This document shows, piece by piece, positions 1-13,088 of a stretch of DNA of 64,000 bases (its first letter is position 1; every line of letters begins with the position of its first letter). The notes beneath the pieces were generated by a model. The model was not told where the DNA came from and did not search any database. It saw only the letters and a list, made by a program, of their open reading frames with translations. The stretch covers positions 380,494,001 through 380,558,000 of the forward strand of contig NC_067398.1 of assembly GCF_016432865.1 (NCBI RefSeq), written 5' to 3'. The position numbers and the translations under genes are program-made. The stretch is from Antechinus flavipes (lineage: Eukaryota).

Positions 1-264
1 CAAAAAAGTGAGTTAAAGTTTTTTATGTGTTGCACTTTAAAAGAGAGAGAACACATTACACAATAAAATAAACAACTGGGAACTTTGGGAGAAAAAATTG
101 CTGTGTTAATCCCCAAGAATTTATTATCCTTTTTCAGTAAATCAGTAAACAGCATAATGCAAATTGTCTGAAGAGTTATCAGATCTAATAATAGAACACT
201 CTAAAAAAGACTGGAATGATTGATTAAACAGAACACTGGGTCTATACTCCAGAGGAAAAAAAAA

Positions 265-508
265 TCTATCTCTGTCTCTTTCTCTCTCTTTTTGTCTGTT
301 CTCTCTCTGTCTCTGTCTCTCTCTGTCCCAGTTTCTGTCTGTCTGTCTTGCTCTGTGTCTATCTCTCTTTCCTTTCTCTTTGTGTCTGTCTCTCTTCTCT
401 ATCTCTGTCTCTTCATGTAACTCTCTCCTTTCTGTATCTCTCTTTTTGTGTATTTGTTTCTCTTCTCTCTTTCTATCTCTGTCTCTCTCTGCCTGCCTGT
501 CTCTCTCA
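265..508. repeat. Degenerate (CT)n/(CTGT)n polypyrimidine tract
   Basis: Directly visible; it produces the spurious ORFs at 142-569. Confidence 0.95.
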
Positions 509-1540
509 TATAACCATGAATGAAGAAGCCCAGAGTGTGACTTGCTTAGAGTCATTCTCTACAAGTTGAAGGTATGGGTAAAACAGATTAGCAATTCTGC
601 ACCATGATTTTTTCAGCACACTGTCACAATTATTACATATTTCCAGACGATTTAAAGCTTAGAAAGGACAATAAAGATTTAGGATCCAGTCTAACCTCTT
701 TATTTTATAGATGAAGAAACTGAGGGTCGATGAATTATTTGCCCCAAACCACATGACAAGTTGGAGGTAATAAAGCTGGACTTTGAACACAGGTCCTTTG
801 ATTCTAAATTTGTTAAATCACTAAGTGGAGATTTATAAAGCAATTATCTTAGGAGTTGGGAAAGCCATCCAATTGCTTCACTTTTTTCCTGGTCTGTTTC
901 AGCCTGATCAGGGAGAGGATCTTGGAAGGCACTCAAGAAAGATCTTGTTTCCCATGGCAGGGAAACAAATTTGTTCTTTGGTTTAAAAAAAAAAAAGTTA
1001 ATGTCTCTTGTATTATAATACTTTACATCCATCCTATTTTCAAAGAGGCTCTAGGTTCACAAAGTATATTTCTAAAATTGCTTAGAGACCATTGATTATC
1101 CACAGAAGTCTTCCAGTTAGTCCTGTGAGATAGACTATTGTAGTTTAAGTGTTCACACTATTACAATCTATATTATATTTTTATTTTCAGTAGGATTCTA
1201 TAATTTACTTATCATGTAAACTAAAATCCAGAAATAATTCATTTGGTGTTTTAGGAGAAGTTATCATGACTCTTCTACAAATCCAGTGGAGGCTTTCATG
1301 TAAGTGATGAAGAGGAATAGTTGGGGCCTTTCACTCCACTGATTGGGCTGTGGGACAAAAACATTTGAGAACTATTGCTCTTAGCAATAACAATTAAGTA
1401 TTTTGTAACTTTTGATTAGATTTTATAGAAATATATGTGTGGGACTATGTTCACCTGTGAGTTTGAAAATAACTTATGAAAGAAACCTTGTTTTAAAATG
1501 TTTGCAACTTTGAATTGAGAGGAGGTAAAATTGGTCAGTG

Positions 1541-1775
1541 GGGCAGCTGCATGGCACAATGGATAGAGATCTAGGCCTGGACTCAGGAAGACCCAAGTTC
1601 AAATGCTTCCTACCAGCATGACTTTGGGCAAATCACTTCATCCTGTTTGCCTCAGATTCCTCATTGGTAAAATGGGCAGGAGAAGGTAAAGGCAAACCAC
1701 TCTAGTATCTTTGCCTAGAAAAAACTTCAAAAAGGGCCAGGAAGACTTGAACATAACTGAATAACAACAAAAACA
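1541..1775 (+). mobile_element. Core SINE (MAR1/MIR-related)
   Basis: gggcagctgcatggcacaatggatagag...agttcaaat...tttgcctcag...ggcaaaccactctagtatctttgcc. Confidence 0.8.
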
Positions 1776-1789
1776 AAGCTGGTGAGAGA

Positions 1790-1985
1790 GATAGTAAGGT
1801 GTAATGGATCAAAAGCTATAGAGTCTGGAAATCAGAAAGACTTGAGATTCATCATAGGCTGTATGACCCTGGACTCATTCATTTCACCTCTGATGGCCTC
1901 CAGGGAGCTCTATAGATCAGGGGCTGATTTGCTTTGGTAGAGAGTTTACTCATTGGGAGCTCTTTATATTGATGAAATAACATGT
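1790..1985 (+). mobile_element. MIR3-like core SINE
   Basis: ggtgtaatgga...gctgtatgaccctgg...gctgatttgctttggtagagagttt. Confidence 0.65.
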
Positions 1986-2543
1986 GCGGCTTCTCTCTTT
2001 TTCTCATTTCCTTCCCCACTTCCTTCTCCTCCCTGGAAGGACTCCTTAGCTTAGTAGTTAAGATAGAAAGCATCAGGAATACCAACAGCTGATTGAACTG
2101 ACATTTAATGTGGGCAAAAGTATTAAAAAAACATGGCATATAAAGGAGTCAATAAAATGCTGGTTATAAAGGGTCTGGAGAGCTATCAGTTTTAACAACA
2201 AAACAAGACAGAAATATTCCTTGATGAGATTATGAATTTCATAAGTAAAAGAATACTGCCAATAGAGTAGATTTAGGTTTCAGTAAAGTTTTCCATTAGG
2301 GAGACTCAAACCAAGTTTTATTCTGGTATTGATGACAGGATCTTATCATGGCCTATAGAGTAGAAAAGAAAACAGATGGAAGGAGTGTATACTTCCCAGA
2401 CATGGTTTGCATGGAATTTCAAATCTGCTCAATTGTTTTAGTCTAGAGTTCCCAACTAATTAAAAAAAAAAAAGATAAAAGCTGCAACAAAGCTTTAGGA
2501 AAAAAAACTACCAAAAAGCAAACCCTTACCACCACTTGCTTAC

Positions 2544-2704
2544 CACAGTGACAGCATCATTCAGCAGTGACTCCCCAAAAACGATGATAAAGAGGACATC
2601 ATTGACATGAACTTCTTCAAAAACGGCCAGGACAGCCACAGGGTCCACTGCAGCTATTAAACTGCCAAACAAGAGGAACTCCAGCAATCCAATACTGAGC
2701 TCTC
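2544..2704 (-). CDS. SLC9A3: SLC9A3 (NHE3) coding exon 3, 161 bp, phase 1/0; contains the AVDPVAV and FGESLLND ion-binding motifs
   Basis: Translates as (G)[53 protein letters not shown]. Acceptor tgctttgttttcctag (AG at 2706-2705) and donor GTG|gtaagc (GT at 2543-2542). Splices in frame with exon 2 (G+GA = Gly). Confidence 0.97.
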
Positions 2705-3134
2705 CTAGGAAAACAAAGCAAGTGACAAGCCACATGGGAAACCAGCACTGAGAAGTGCCCCTGGAGCAAATTCAATGGCACTGAATTCCAGGGAAAATTA
2801 GTCACATAAAGACCTGTGGATTTGTCAAGAGAATCTTTCAAATGAGGTAGTAAGATAATTCAAGCCCCATTTCAAATGTGTGGGTATTCTCTAGCTATTA
2901 GATTGAAGTACATACCAGTGGAAACTTTCCCTCACTGAGGGAGGCCAGGAACCAGGAACCAGGGAGCAAAAGGGTCCTTAGAATTGGAACATTTCACAGG
3001 TCGTAAGATCATAGATTTATATTTAGAAGGGATCTTAGAGGCCATCCAGGCCAACTCCCTCATTTCAGAGGGGAAAACTACATCTTCAAGGGGTGAAGGT
3101 CAGATTTGCTCTTACCTGCATTTCATTAAGAAAT

Positions 3135-3370
3135 CATTTATTATTAAATAATTATTAAATTATTTTTATTTTTATATATAAGTAAATAAATTAATTTAAA
3201 TTAATTATATATTAATTGTATAATATAATACAATATTATATTATATATAAAAGTATATATAACATTATTATATTAATTATATAATGTTAATAATAATTAT
3301 TATATAATAATGTTATATATAATTATATCATAATTGAATTAATTAATGTAAATTATATTATTATAATATT
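3135..3370. repeat. Almost pure A/T low-complexity tract
   Basis: Directly visible; only a few G/C bases in ~235 bp. Confidence 0.95.
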
Positions 3371-3529
3371 CCATTGGATAAATTCTTTCCTCATCTCTAT
3401 CTTTCAGAGTCATTTTCTTCCTTCAGGACTCAACTCAGGGACTACTTATTCAAAGTTCTATTAATTCCCATTTGCAAGTTTGCATTCCCTCCCCATGTTT
3501 ACCTATGTTGTATTTATTTGTATACATGA

Positions 3530-3762
3530 CATAATGGATAGATTGACAGTCTAGAGTCAAGAAGAACTGAGTTCAAATGCAGCCTCAGACAATTATTAGC
3601 TCTGTGACCATGGACAAGTTATCCAATCCTGCTGGCCTCAGTTTCCTTATCTGTAAATTGAGCTAGAGAAGAAAATGACAAACCACTCCAGTAACTTTGC
3701 CAAGAAAATATTCAATGGGGACCACAAAGAGTAGGACACAACTGAAATGACTAAACAACAAC
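3530..3762 (+). mobile_element. Core SINE (MAR1-like)
   Basis: gagttcaaatgcagcctcagac...ggcctcagtttccttatctgtaaa...aaccactccag. Confidence 0.8.
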
Positions 3763-3934
3763 TGCTTATCAATTCCAATATTTCCCCCATACAGTTTTAA
3801 AGAACAGCACCTAACATAATATTTGGTACTAGATAGGGGTTGAACTGAATTTCAGCAACAATACAGACTACAGTGTATGTGTGCATCTGTGTATGCACAC
3901 ATGGGCATGTTGTATATCCATGCACATGGATACA

Positions 3935-3973
<39 letters not shown>
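3935..3973. repeat. (TG)n microsatellite
   Basis: Directly visible. Confidence 0.97.
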
Positions 3974-3975
<2 letters not shown>

Positions 3976-4744
3976 ATATGGAAAGGTTAGTTTGATTTGT
4001 AAAGTGGAGATAACATTACTTTACTACATGGTTTATGGGACGGGTGTGAAGAACATGTTTGTAATACGTGTACTGCTATAGAAATATGAGCTCTTACAGT
4101 CATCAGCTGCACAAACTATTGTCACTAAAGTACAAGGCAATCCCAGAACACAAAATATAAACAAATCAGGTAACAGGCACACAATCTCATATTACTCAAA
4201 GGCTTAAAGCATTAATCTGTTTCTTCTAAACTCTCCCTGTTCTTCCCTGGTGACTACATTCCTTCAAAGGGCTCCATCCTTAGCACCATTGTCTTTTCCT
4301 GTCTTTCATTCAGACCTTCAGACTCAATCTGGGCTCTCTAAGTATCTGGCAAGAGAATATTAAAGCAAAAAAAACAAAAGCAAAAACCAAACAATGTGGG
4401 CTCTAGGTTTACCTCCACTTCAGGTAGAAAATAATCTCCTTAAGGACAACTGAATTCTGATTCTGTTCAAAGAAATTCCCAGACTATATTTTTCTCTGTG
4501 GTTGGCACAGTATTCTGTTTTTTAGCAGTTTCCCATTTTAGAGTTCCTCATTAGAATTTCCCATTTTAATAAATGCATCTATGGTTTTCCTAATTTCTCT
4601 CCTCTGTCTCTGTCTCTCTGTCTTTCTCATCTTTCTATCTCTCTCCATCTCTCTCTCTCCCTCTTCTCTTAGACTCTGGCGAAACTACAAATCCCATTAT
4701 CTTTACTGCTTCATCCACTAAAATCTATCATCACCTTCTCTAAA

Positions 4745-5045
4745 TATTATAGGATCATTTAAAAGGTCTTGTTATGTTTAGCCTGGAAAAAACTTGGGGA
4801 CAGAAATAGTAATTGTCTTTTTGTTTGTTTTGTCCTTAGGCTTTTCGGGTTAGGATCATATAGCTAGTAAGTATCTGGGCCAAATTTGAAATCAGGTCTT
4901 CCTGACTTCACATCTGGTGCTCTATCCACTGTGCCACCTAACCATCCCTAGGTGATAGTTCATGGATTATGTATTATGGAAGAAAACTTAGACTTGTTCT
5001 AATTGACCTCTGAGGGCAAAACTAATAGTAGCAAGTTAAGTGAGT
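4745..5045 (+). mobile_element. CR1/L3 3' fragment interrupted by a SINE
   Basis: atgtttagcctggaaaaa...gacttgttctaattgacctctgagggcaaaact. Confidence 0.6.
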
Positions 5046-8000
5046 CAGTAACAGGCAGGAAAGAACATGCAAAATTAATTTAAAAAAAAAAAGAAGAGAG
5101 AAAAAAAAAAGAATATGCAAGATTTGGAGACAGTGAGACCTGGGTTTAAATCCCATCAGTGATATATTATAGCTGTAAGACCTTAGGGAAGTCATTTAAT
5201 CTCAAACTCAAATAAAATAATATATCTAAAGTACTTCGCAAACTTTGAAATGATGTATAAATACTATTTACTGATAAAAAGCAAATAGAGGCTTGAGATA
5301 AGTTAAAAAAAATCCTAATAAGTCTCTCTCAAAATGGAATAAACTGCCTCTGAAAGTTATATATTCCCTCTCACTGAAACCTCTTAGACAAGTTCCCTAT
5401 GGAGAAAGTTTCAAGCAAAGACTGATGCTGGAGATGTAGGAGAATTCTTATAAAGGGAAGGGTTAATTTTGTTGTCCTATGAAGTCTTTTCCAATTCTGT
5501 GACTCTGAATGCTCACATTTCTGGGCATACCAGCTTATTAAAAATCTTCATTCGTCATGTTAAGAGACAGAGAGAGAGAGAGAGTTGGGCTCAAAGATCA
5601 AATTTTGTCTCTGACACCTTCTGGCTACATGATCTTACACTAGTCACCAGCCTTCTCAGCATTTCACCTAAATTTCTCAACCTCATAAGTTATAGAACAG
5701 ATATAGCTCTTCCTCCATTTGCAGAATTCTCTCTCTCTGACGGGCACTTTATTCCAATGCAATCACAGGGTCAGCCCACGGAAAATGTCAGTTCCCTCTT
5801 GAAAAGTCTGCAAGTGGCTCTCCGTTGGCAGTGCTGCCTATTGTCTCTCTAGTGCTTTCCCTTCTCCCAATCTACCTATTAAGTTATCTGTATCTCAGAT
5901 CTCAACTCCTCAGGCAGGCTTTCCTTTCTCCCTGAGTCCACAATTTCTCTTGTCTTTGTAGTTTAAATGCAATCACAGTTTAGTGTTTAATTATTCTCTA
6001 ATTCTTTTACATGTGTTTATCTTGACTGTAGCTATATAAACTCCTTGAGGGCAGAGTCTATGTATCTCCTAAATGCCTAATGTAATACAGTGATATTAAA
6101 GTCAAAAGGTCAGAGTTCAAGTTTGTACTCCCACACTTGCTTTGTAACTTTGTAACTTGGCCAAGCCATTAAACATTTAGGCCTCATAGAAAAGTGAGTT
6201 TCCACACTATCTTTTCTTGAGTTATTTCCTGGTATATATAAACACAATTTTAAATCTCACATTTACATTTTATCATATTCAACCCACCAGTATGGGATTC
6301 CTTAGGGGTAGTTCTCTATCATTCCCCCAATCCTAACAATATATTCCCACACATTTGTATGAAATGGCTTCTCTCTCAAATTTTCTTTTAAAGATTTTGA
6401 AATATTAATGACTTCTTAAAGGAGGATTAAAGTTTCTAAAGGAGTTTGTCCATTGTCTATTAAAACCTAGAGCTACCCACTATGATCCGCACATGAATGG
6501 TAGTAATTGATACACTATAGGTCCAACTAAAATAAGCATTATATATATTACTTTCATTCCCCTCTTAGAGCTCACATAAAATTTTAGCATATTTCTCTTT
6601 AATGCACTTCACATAATACTATGTATTATGGTTGTCTGTATTTATGCCTTGTCCTCCAAGAGCAATGGTAAACAAAGAAACTTGGGATCGAAGGACTCTA
6701 GCATTGAGATGTTGGGTAAATCACTTGGCCAACTTAGGCCTCCATTTCCTTATTTGGAAAATGAAAGCTTTGGACTGCATGGCCTCTAAGTTCTCTTCCA
6801 TCTCTAAATTTATGAGCTTATGCCATATTCAAACTTGGTATCTCCTTTAATGACCAGAACAGAATTTAACAAATGGAAAGTGTTTAAAAATGAAGTCCTT
6901 ATCTAATATTCACAATCCACATATGTGTATCATACACATATATGCTTTCTCTGTATCTGTGTGCATTTACACACAAAATTATAAACTAAGGTATGATATA
7001 TAAAATAATTTCCCTAAATCTCTTCTCTGTCCCACTTTTTAGTCACTAATCCCTTCTGTCATTATGCAGGATTAAAAGAAGAGGAGAAAATAAGAGGATA
7101 TTAAAAAAACAAAAAAAAAGGAGGTGAGAGGAAAAAGAGGGAAAAAAAGAAGAAATTTTGGTGAGTAGTAGTAGGATGCAAACACAGTGACTTTACATTG
7201 TGATTACTTAGGACCATACATCCTATCAGTTGCCTGCTCCTGGGTAATGCATATTTTTGTGTGCTCTAAATATGCACTTCTTTAACCCACAAGTAGGAGA
7301 TCAAGCTAAAAGAAACTCCCATTGGCTCCTAGCCTCTGACATCAAGTTGCAAAGTTCCTGCATGTTGGAAGGGTACTAGCTCCAAGGTGTTAGTTTTAGG
7401 ATGTTGGCCATTGAAATGCAAATTCCAATGAACACAAGCTGATATTCTCCAGGTACTTTGCCTAAGAAGAGCAACATAGGATATTAGAGACATATCAGTT
7501 GGCAATCAAGATCTTGTCTCTCCAAAGGACATGTCATTCCTAAGGAAATAGAAGGGCAGGCACTGTTGAGAAAGGTGTACTTTTGTACTATCTAGTATTA
7601 ACTTACCCAGGGCTTGGGATTTGATATTGCCAATATCACAAGAGCTATTTTGTTAGCTGTTGTATGCATTGTAATGGCACGAATAGGCAGAAGTTAACTT
7701 TTCAGTTGTAAAGTTTATGTATAATCTTATTAGTCTTTGGAAGTATAAATTTTACCATTGAGACTCACAAATTCTGATATTCAATTTCAGTAGAATTTGA
7801 AAATGCAAATTTCTCACACCTTTCCTGTGCTCTCTGGCTTTCAAGCACAAGTAGATTTCAGATATAAATTCCCCTTCAAGGTTAGTCAATCTTTAAACAC
7901 TAGTTGACTCCTACCATTTTCTCCATAGTTACACTTTTGCTCATGCCATAGTTGTGCCCCTTATGAAGGCCACAAAAATAAACCAAACAATTTGGTCAAA

Positions 8001-8806
8001 CTATCATTTCAGTTATAAGAAAAAAACCAGTAAAATTGGAAATAGGCTACAAGATAGATAGATGGATCACTGAATCATATCATAACATCAGAAATATAGA
8101 GCTGGATAGGACCAAAGCCAACATCCTAGTAATTCTCTACACTTTTTCAAGTCTGTATCTCGAAAAGCCAACCTGAAGCGTGCCTTATATCTTATGCCAA
8201 TAAAGTTTTAGCCCTGTCTACTTTATTGAACATTTGGCCACTGTACTAGTTCCCTCGTTGATTTAAGAGAATTTAAATTTCATCTAGTAAGAATGATCAT
8301 GTCTAATTAATATAGAAGATCCATGTAATCAAACTGATGAGTAATATATAATGATTTGTACACAACTTCCTCTGAAGGCTGTCAGATGAGTTGTGACCTT
8401 GGGAGAAATCAAACTCACTTCCATTATCACAGAAGAGGTCAATACTATTTGGAATTGCTTTGTTTCCATATAGTAGAGAGTAGATAATGCTTCCCTAAGT
8501 TTTCAAAATATTTATAGCAAAGTGCTATCCTTAGAGCCAAAAGTTTCTATCTGAGTAGTTATCTAGGGGTAGTAGAAAGCAAAGGGGAGATTTTTATGGT
8601 TAACTTTTCTAAAATCCATTAATTACATTACTGAACAAAGAAAAAACAGTGCCTTCTCTTACCTTCCCTGCCTGACTTTGCGGTCGAAGCACTGTAAGTG
8701 TGTTCTTCTATGACTTTAAAAAATCCAATACAGTCCTAATTCAAGCTGATTCAGAGAAACAAAGGCTAGCACCAATCAGACCTAATTAACACTCTTCTCT
8801 TAGGGA

Positions 8807-9008
8807 AGAAGTTCTTAATTTTTTGTGTGTGTGTCATGGATTCCTGGGGCAGTTTGATGAAATCTATGGACCCCTTCTCAGAATAATGTTTCTGAATTCT
8901 TAAAATAAAATAAAAAAAAACCATAGGATTACAAAGAAAAACAATTATATTAAAATAGTTATCAAATGATTAAAAAGAAATTCACAGATGCTGTGATCAG
9001 GACTATTG
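8807..9008. mobile_element. Non-autonomous hAT-Charlie-type MITE
   Basis: gttcttaattttttg..tgtcatgga...ctatggaccccttctcagaataatgttt...cataggattacaaag resembles a therian hAT MITE. Confidence 0.7.
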
Positions 9009-9109
9009 TCTTAGAGGGTTATAAACCCACTGGACAAAGACTAGATAAATTTCTATGGTAACACCTCATATTTATTTAGTATCCATTGAGTAATCACAAT
9101 GATGATGAT

Positions 9110-9335
9110 GATGATGATTACATGAAGATAGGCAACATGACAGTCAATAGTAAGGAAGACATGGATTCAAGTTCTATCTCTGACACATGGTAGTTGTGTG
9201 ACCTTGGGTAATCATTTAATCTTTTAGTGTACCAATGTTCTATGATTATAAGGTGCAGAATTCTTGCTGATCTGCATTGGCAAATGAAATTCCTTTTGGG
9301 AAGCTACCCACACTATTATGATCATAAATCTAGCA
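9110..9335 (+). mobile_element. MIR3-like core SINE
   Basis: catggattcaagttc...tgtgtgaccttgggtaatcatttaa...gctgatctgcattgg. Confidence 0.65.
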
Positions 9336-12108
9336 AAAAAAAAAATTACATGAAACTCTTGAAGATACATTCTAACTAGATCCCTTTATTTTGTAACTCA
9401 TCCTTTTGCCATATACTTATTTCACAGTTTGTAGGACTCAAAAGTTCTCAGTAAAGAACTTCTCTAGTTTTTTTCTTGTTTGGATTAGTTTCCTTCATCT
9501 TAATAACTTCTGATCATGGAGTAATTAGGATTCCTTTATTTTGGAAATGAGCTTCATAAATTAGACACTAGAAAACAGAAATAATTTGTTTTAATAAAAA
9601 GTACTGATATTCTCTTATGAAAGTTCCTCCAAGCTTGCAATAACTGTGTATAAAATGGGCAAAATTTTTGCAGGAAGTCAAAGAAATTTCTGGAACAGGA
9701 AGATCCTGTTTATTGATCTCAAAAAATCTGTTGCCTCTTTATGTGAAAATGGATGATAATAAATCCAGAAGATAGAACAAGAAGATAGAATGTTTGGTCA
9801 GCAGAGCTATTTAGAACAGCACCATATCAACTCAGCCAAAATGTCAGTTCAGAGTCATGTGGGTCAATCAGCTATGCTATGATTCTTGACCTGTGCTCCA
9901 CATGTGCCCTGATAGTCACACAAATCCATTCTCCAGAAATGGAAAAGCAAACTGGAAAAATGGCCTATAAATTGTGGGTCATTTGCATTATCTTGATATA
10001 AGAATAGTAAAACATTTTGCTTTTTTTAGGAGCAGAATCCCAGACTAAAGCAATTTGGTATAGTATACATAGTACACAATGAGGAACAATTCCTACAATA
10101 GACAATATGAGCCTAGAGTACACCCCTCATCAGAACTCTGTTTGGGGGGGACAAAGATAGCCTAGGAAACAAAACTGCTTTGATAGTACAAAAATTTTCA
10201 AACAAATAAAAAATAGCAGACTCAGTTGCCAATGACATGATAAAAAAATATCATCCTGAATACAATAGGTTCACAAGAATGAGATAATATAAGGAGACTA
10301 TTTAGAGACTGCAACAAATTGATTCATGTATGGCTATATCAAAGTCTACTGAACTGAACTGTTGGCACATATCTTTTTTTAGATTGCTGCCTAATAAAAA
10401 TAAATTTTTCTGATTTGCTTCTCAGGTGCTAAGAATTCAACAATACCAATCAACAAAGCAGGCCTGGGAAGGAACATGTGTGGATTGCCGTGTTGAGGGC
10501 AATGTGTCATGTTAACTAAAATGTAATTCAAGGTTATGATATCATTCTATCAAAGCATACACCATTTAATATGGACCTTTGATCGTCTCTTTCCTAATGC
10601 ATCTTAAATACAAAGAAGATTTTCAGTTGTATAATAAGGGCCTAGAGAAAAGAGATTCTTACTCATATTGTTTCCATGGTTCAGGACTTAAATAAGATGG
10701 GGAACTTGAAAATTCTTATGTCCAATAGTTATGCCTAGAGAAAAATGAATTTGGTGTATTTGGGTTCAAATAGTGAGCAAAAGAGGCACTCCTATTTTAA
10801 AAAATAAAAGATAGGGAAAAAGAAAATGCTTAAATAATTACTGCAACATTCTGCCAGAATTTGAGGGAATCATAATTTTATTGAGAGTCATTGGAGTGGC
10901 TCTCCCAACTTTCCATTTTTGACTCCCAAATTGGACAGTGAGAGCCACAGAAGCTAAATGCATAATCCTGATGATATGTTAATTGTTCTAGTTTTAGCTA
11001 ACTGCCATTTTCCTTAGATTAATTTAGTGTTCAATGTTGAAGACTTGATTGAGTACAGACCTTAGGTTATTTGTTCAAAGATTGAGGCAGATTCACTTAG
11101 TATCCCTGTGTACTTGTTTTTCTGCCTATATATACAAGAAAATAATATTTTAATTAGAAAGTCTGGGTAAAATGTTTGGTAAAAGAGAAGAGATAGGTAT
11201 GAGAATAAGAAAACAACCCAAACTATAATAAGATATATGCCAAACTTCAACACCATTTTAGACATTTAGTTTAATGTGAAATAGTTGAAAAGAAAATTCT
11301 GTATATATTCATTCCCCCCAATTTTTAACAGAATGACAAAACTCTTACTATAGAGAGGTCTTCTTTTTTTTTTTTTCTCAAATGCTACATGGTTAAGTAG
11401 TTATTTATCTATAGTAGATAGTTAGCAGCCCTGGCCTTTTCCAGAACAGGTTTCTTTTTCTTTTTCTCATAAGATTTTCTATAATTATGAAAGTTGTACA
11501 AAGAGGAGTAGTTTAGGAAGAGTAGTTACTAACAGTACAAACTGCTGGGAGTAGATGAGTACACCATGTCATTGGGACCTGGTAGGGAGGGATTGCTCAA
11601 AAGTTTTGAAGAAAGGTATATGTCACCGGCTAGCCACATTCCCTTCCATAATAAAAACATTTGTCCTACTGTGCTCCTCCAGAAATCAACAACACAGGAT
11701 CCATCCCGATAGAAGTGCCAAAGAAGGGGAAAGATAGTCATCTCTAGACTGGAATTTAAGATTCATTTTTTCAGGAACTTTGTTTCATAACAACATAGGT
11801 ATGACCTAGTTTAAAGCTATACATGTATGAATTAAGATAACAGTTATATTTTTCCAAAGTACTATAAACTGAATTTTTATTTTGAATAATACATGGTAAA
11901 TTAACTAGAGAGTTCATTATTTGTCCGTAGCCTATGGGAAATAGTTTTATAAAGAATCATTTTGTGAATAATTATGCCCTAATTTATCTATTTTATAAGT
12001 ATGCCAACAAATGGATTTTTATTTATTATGCTTTCTCTACCTATAGTTGGAAAGAAAAATTATTTATCCAAGATCTTATAAGAAATGAGCCACTACTATG
12101 AAAAATCA

Positions 12109-12492
<384 letters not shown>

Positions 12493-13088
12493 TTAGAATC
12501 AGAACACAAAGCATATTTTTAATTAAAGTAGACCTTTGTTCAGCATCTTGAGGGCAAAGAATTTCTACTTGTTTTTGTATCCTCAGCACTTGGAACTACT
12601 TTGCATCTTAAGGACTTCTGGCACCTGTGATTTCTACTAGCAAGCATTGTCTTCAATGATACAATTAAAAATCCTCAGAATTCTTATAAGATGTTCAATG
12701 GGTTTCAATGACCCGCTGAACAAAACAAAACAACCTTACCCTCAGTCGCACCTTCTCCCCTTCCCCTCTCAGTCAAAGTCACCACTTGTGGCCCAACTTC
12801 CAAGCATGAACATCTTCAAATTTACCTAGGCCATTTGGCAATCCACCACTACATAGTGTGGAAAGCTTATAACATGGAAGGACCTACCACTGTTTGCACT
12901 CAACTGAAACAAACAATGAAAAACCAGGATCACCTCTAAGCTTTGAGGAGGTATCAGGGGAGAGCTTTCCTGGAGAAAGTGTTAGCAAAAGTAAGTTTAA
13001 GTTCTCCTTGAAAACACAGTCCCCTTTCTCTGGCTTATGAGCCTTGGAAATATTCTTTCACCAGGCCCGCTCCTTCAGTGATGAAAAA

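Larger units (their letters stand above)
1..2543 (-). other. SLC9A3: SLC9A3 intron 3 (partial)
   Basis: Follows the exon 3 donor. Exon 4 (VLYNVF...) was not found in 1-2543. Confidence 0.8.

Noticed and set aside
142-569. ORFs of 137, 66 and 73 aa
   Set aside because: They are translations of the CT/GA microsatellite (R/E/D- or S/L-rich), with no splice context or homology.
3105-3125. Sense-strand CAG|GTAAGA as a possible recursive splice site
   Set aside because: No real polypyrimidine tract upstream, and it abuts AT-rich low-complexity DNA.
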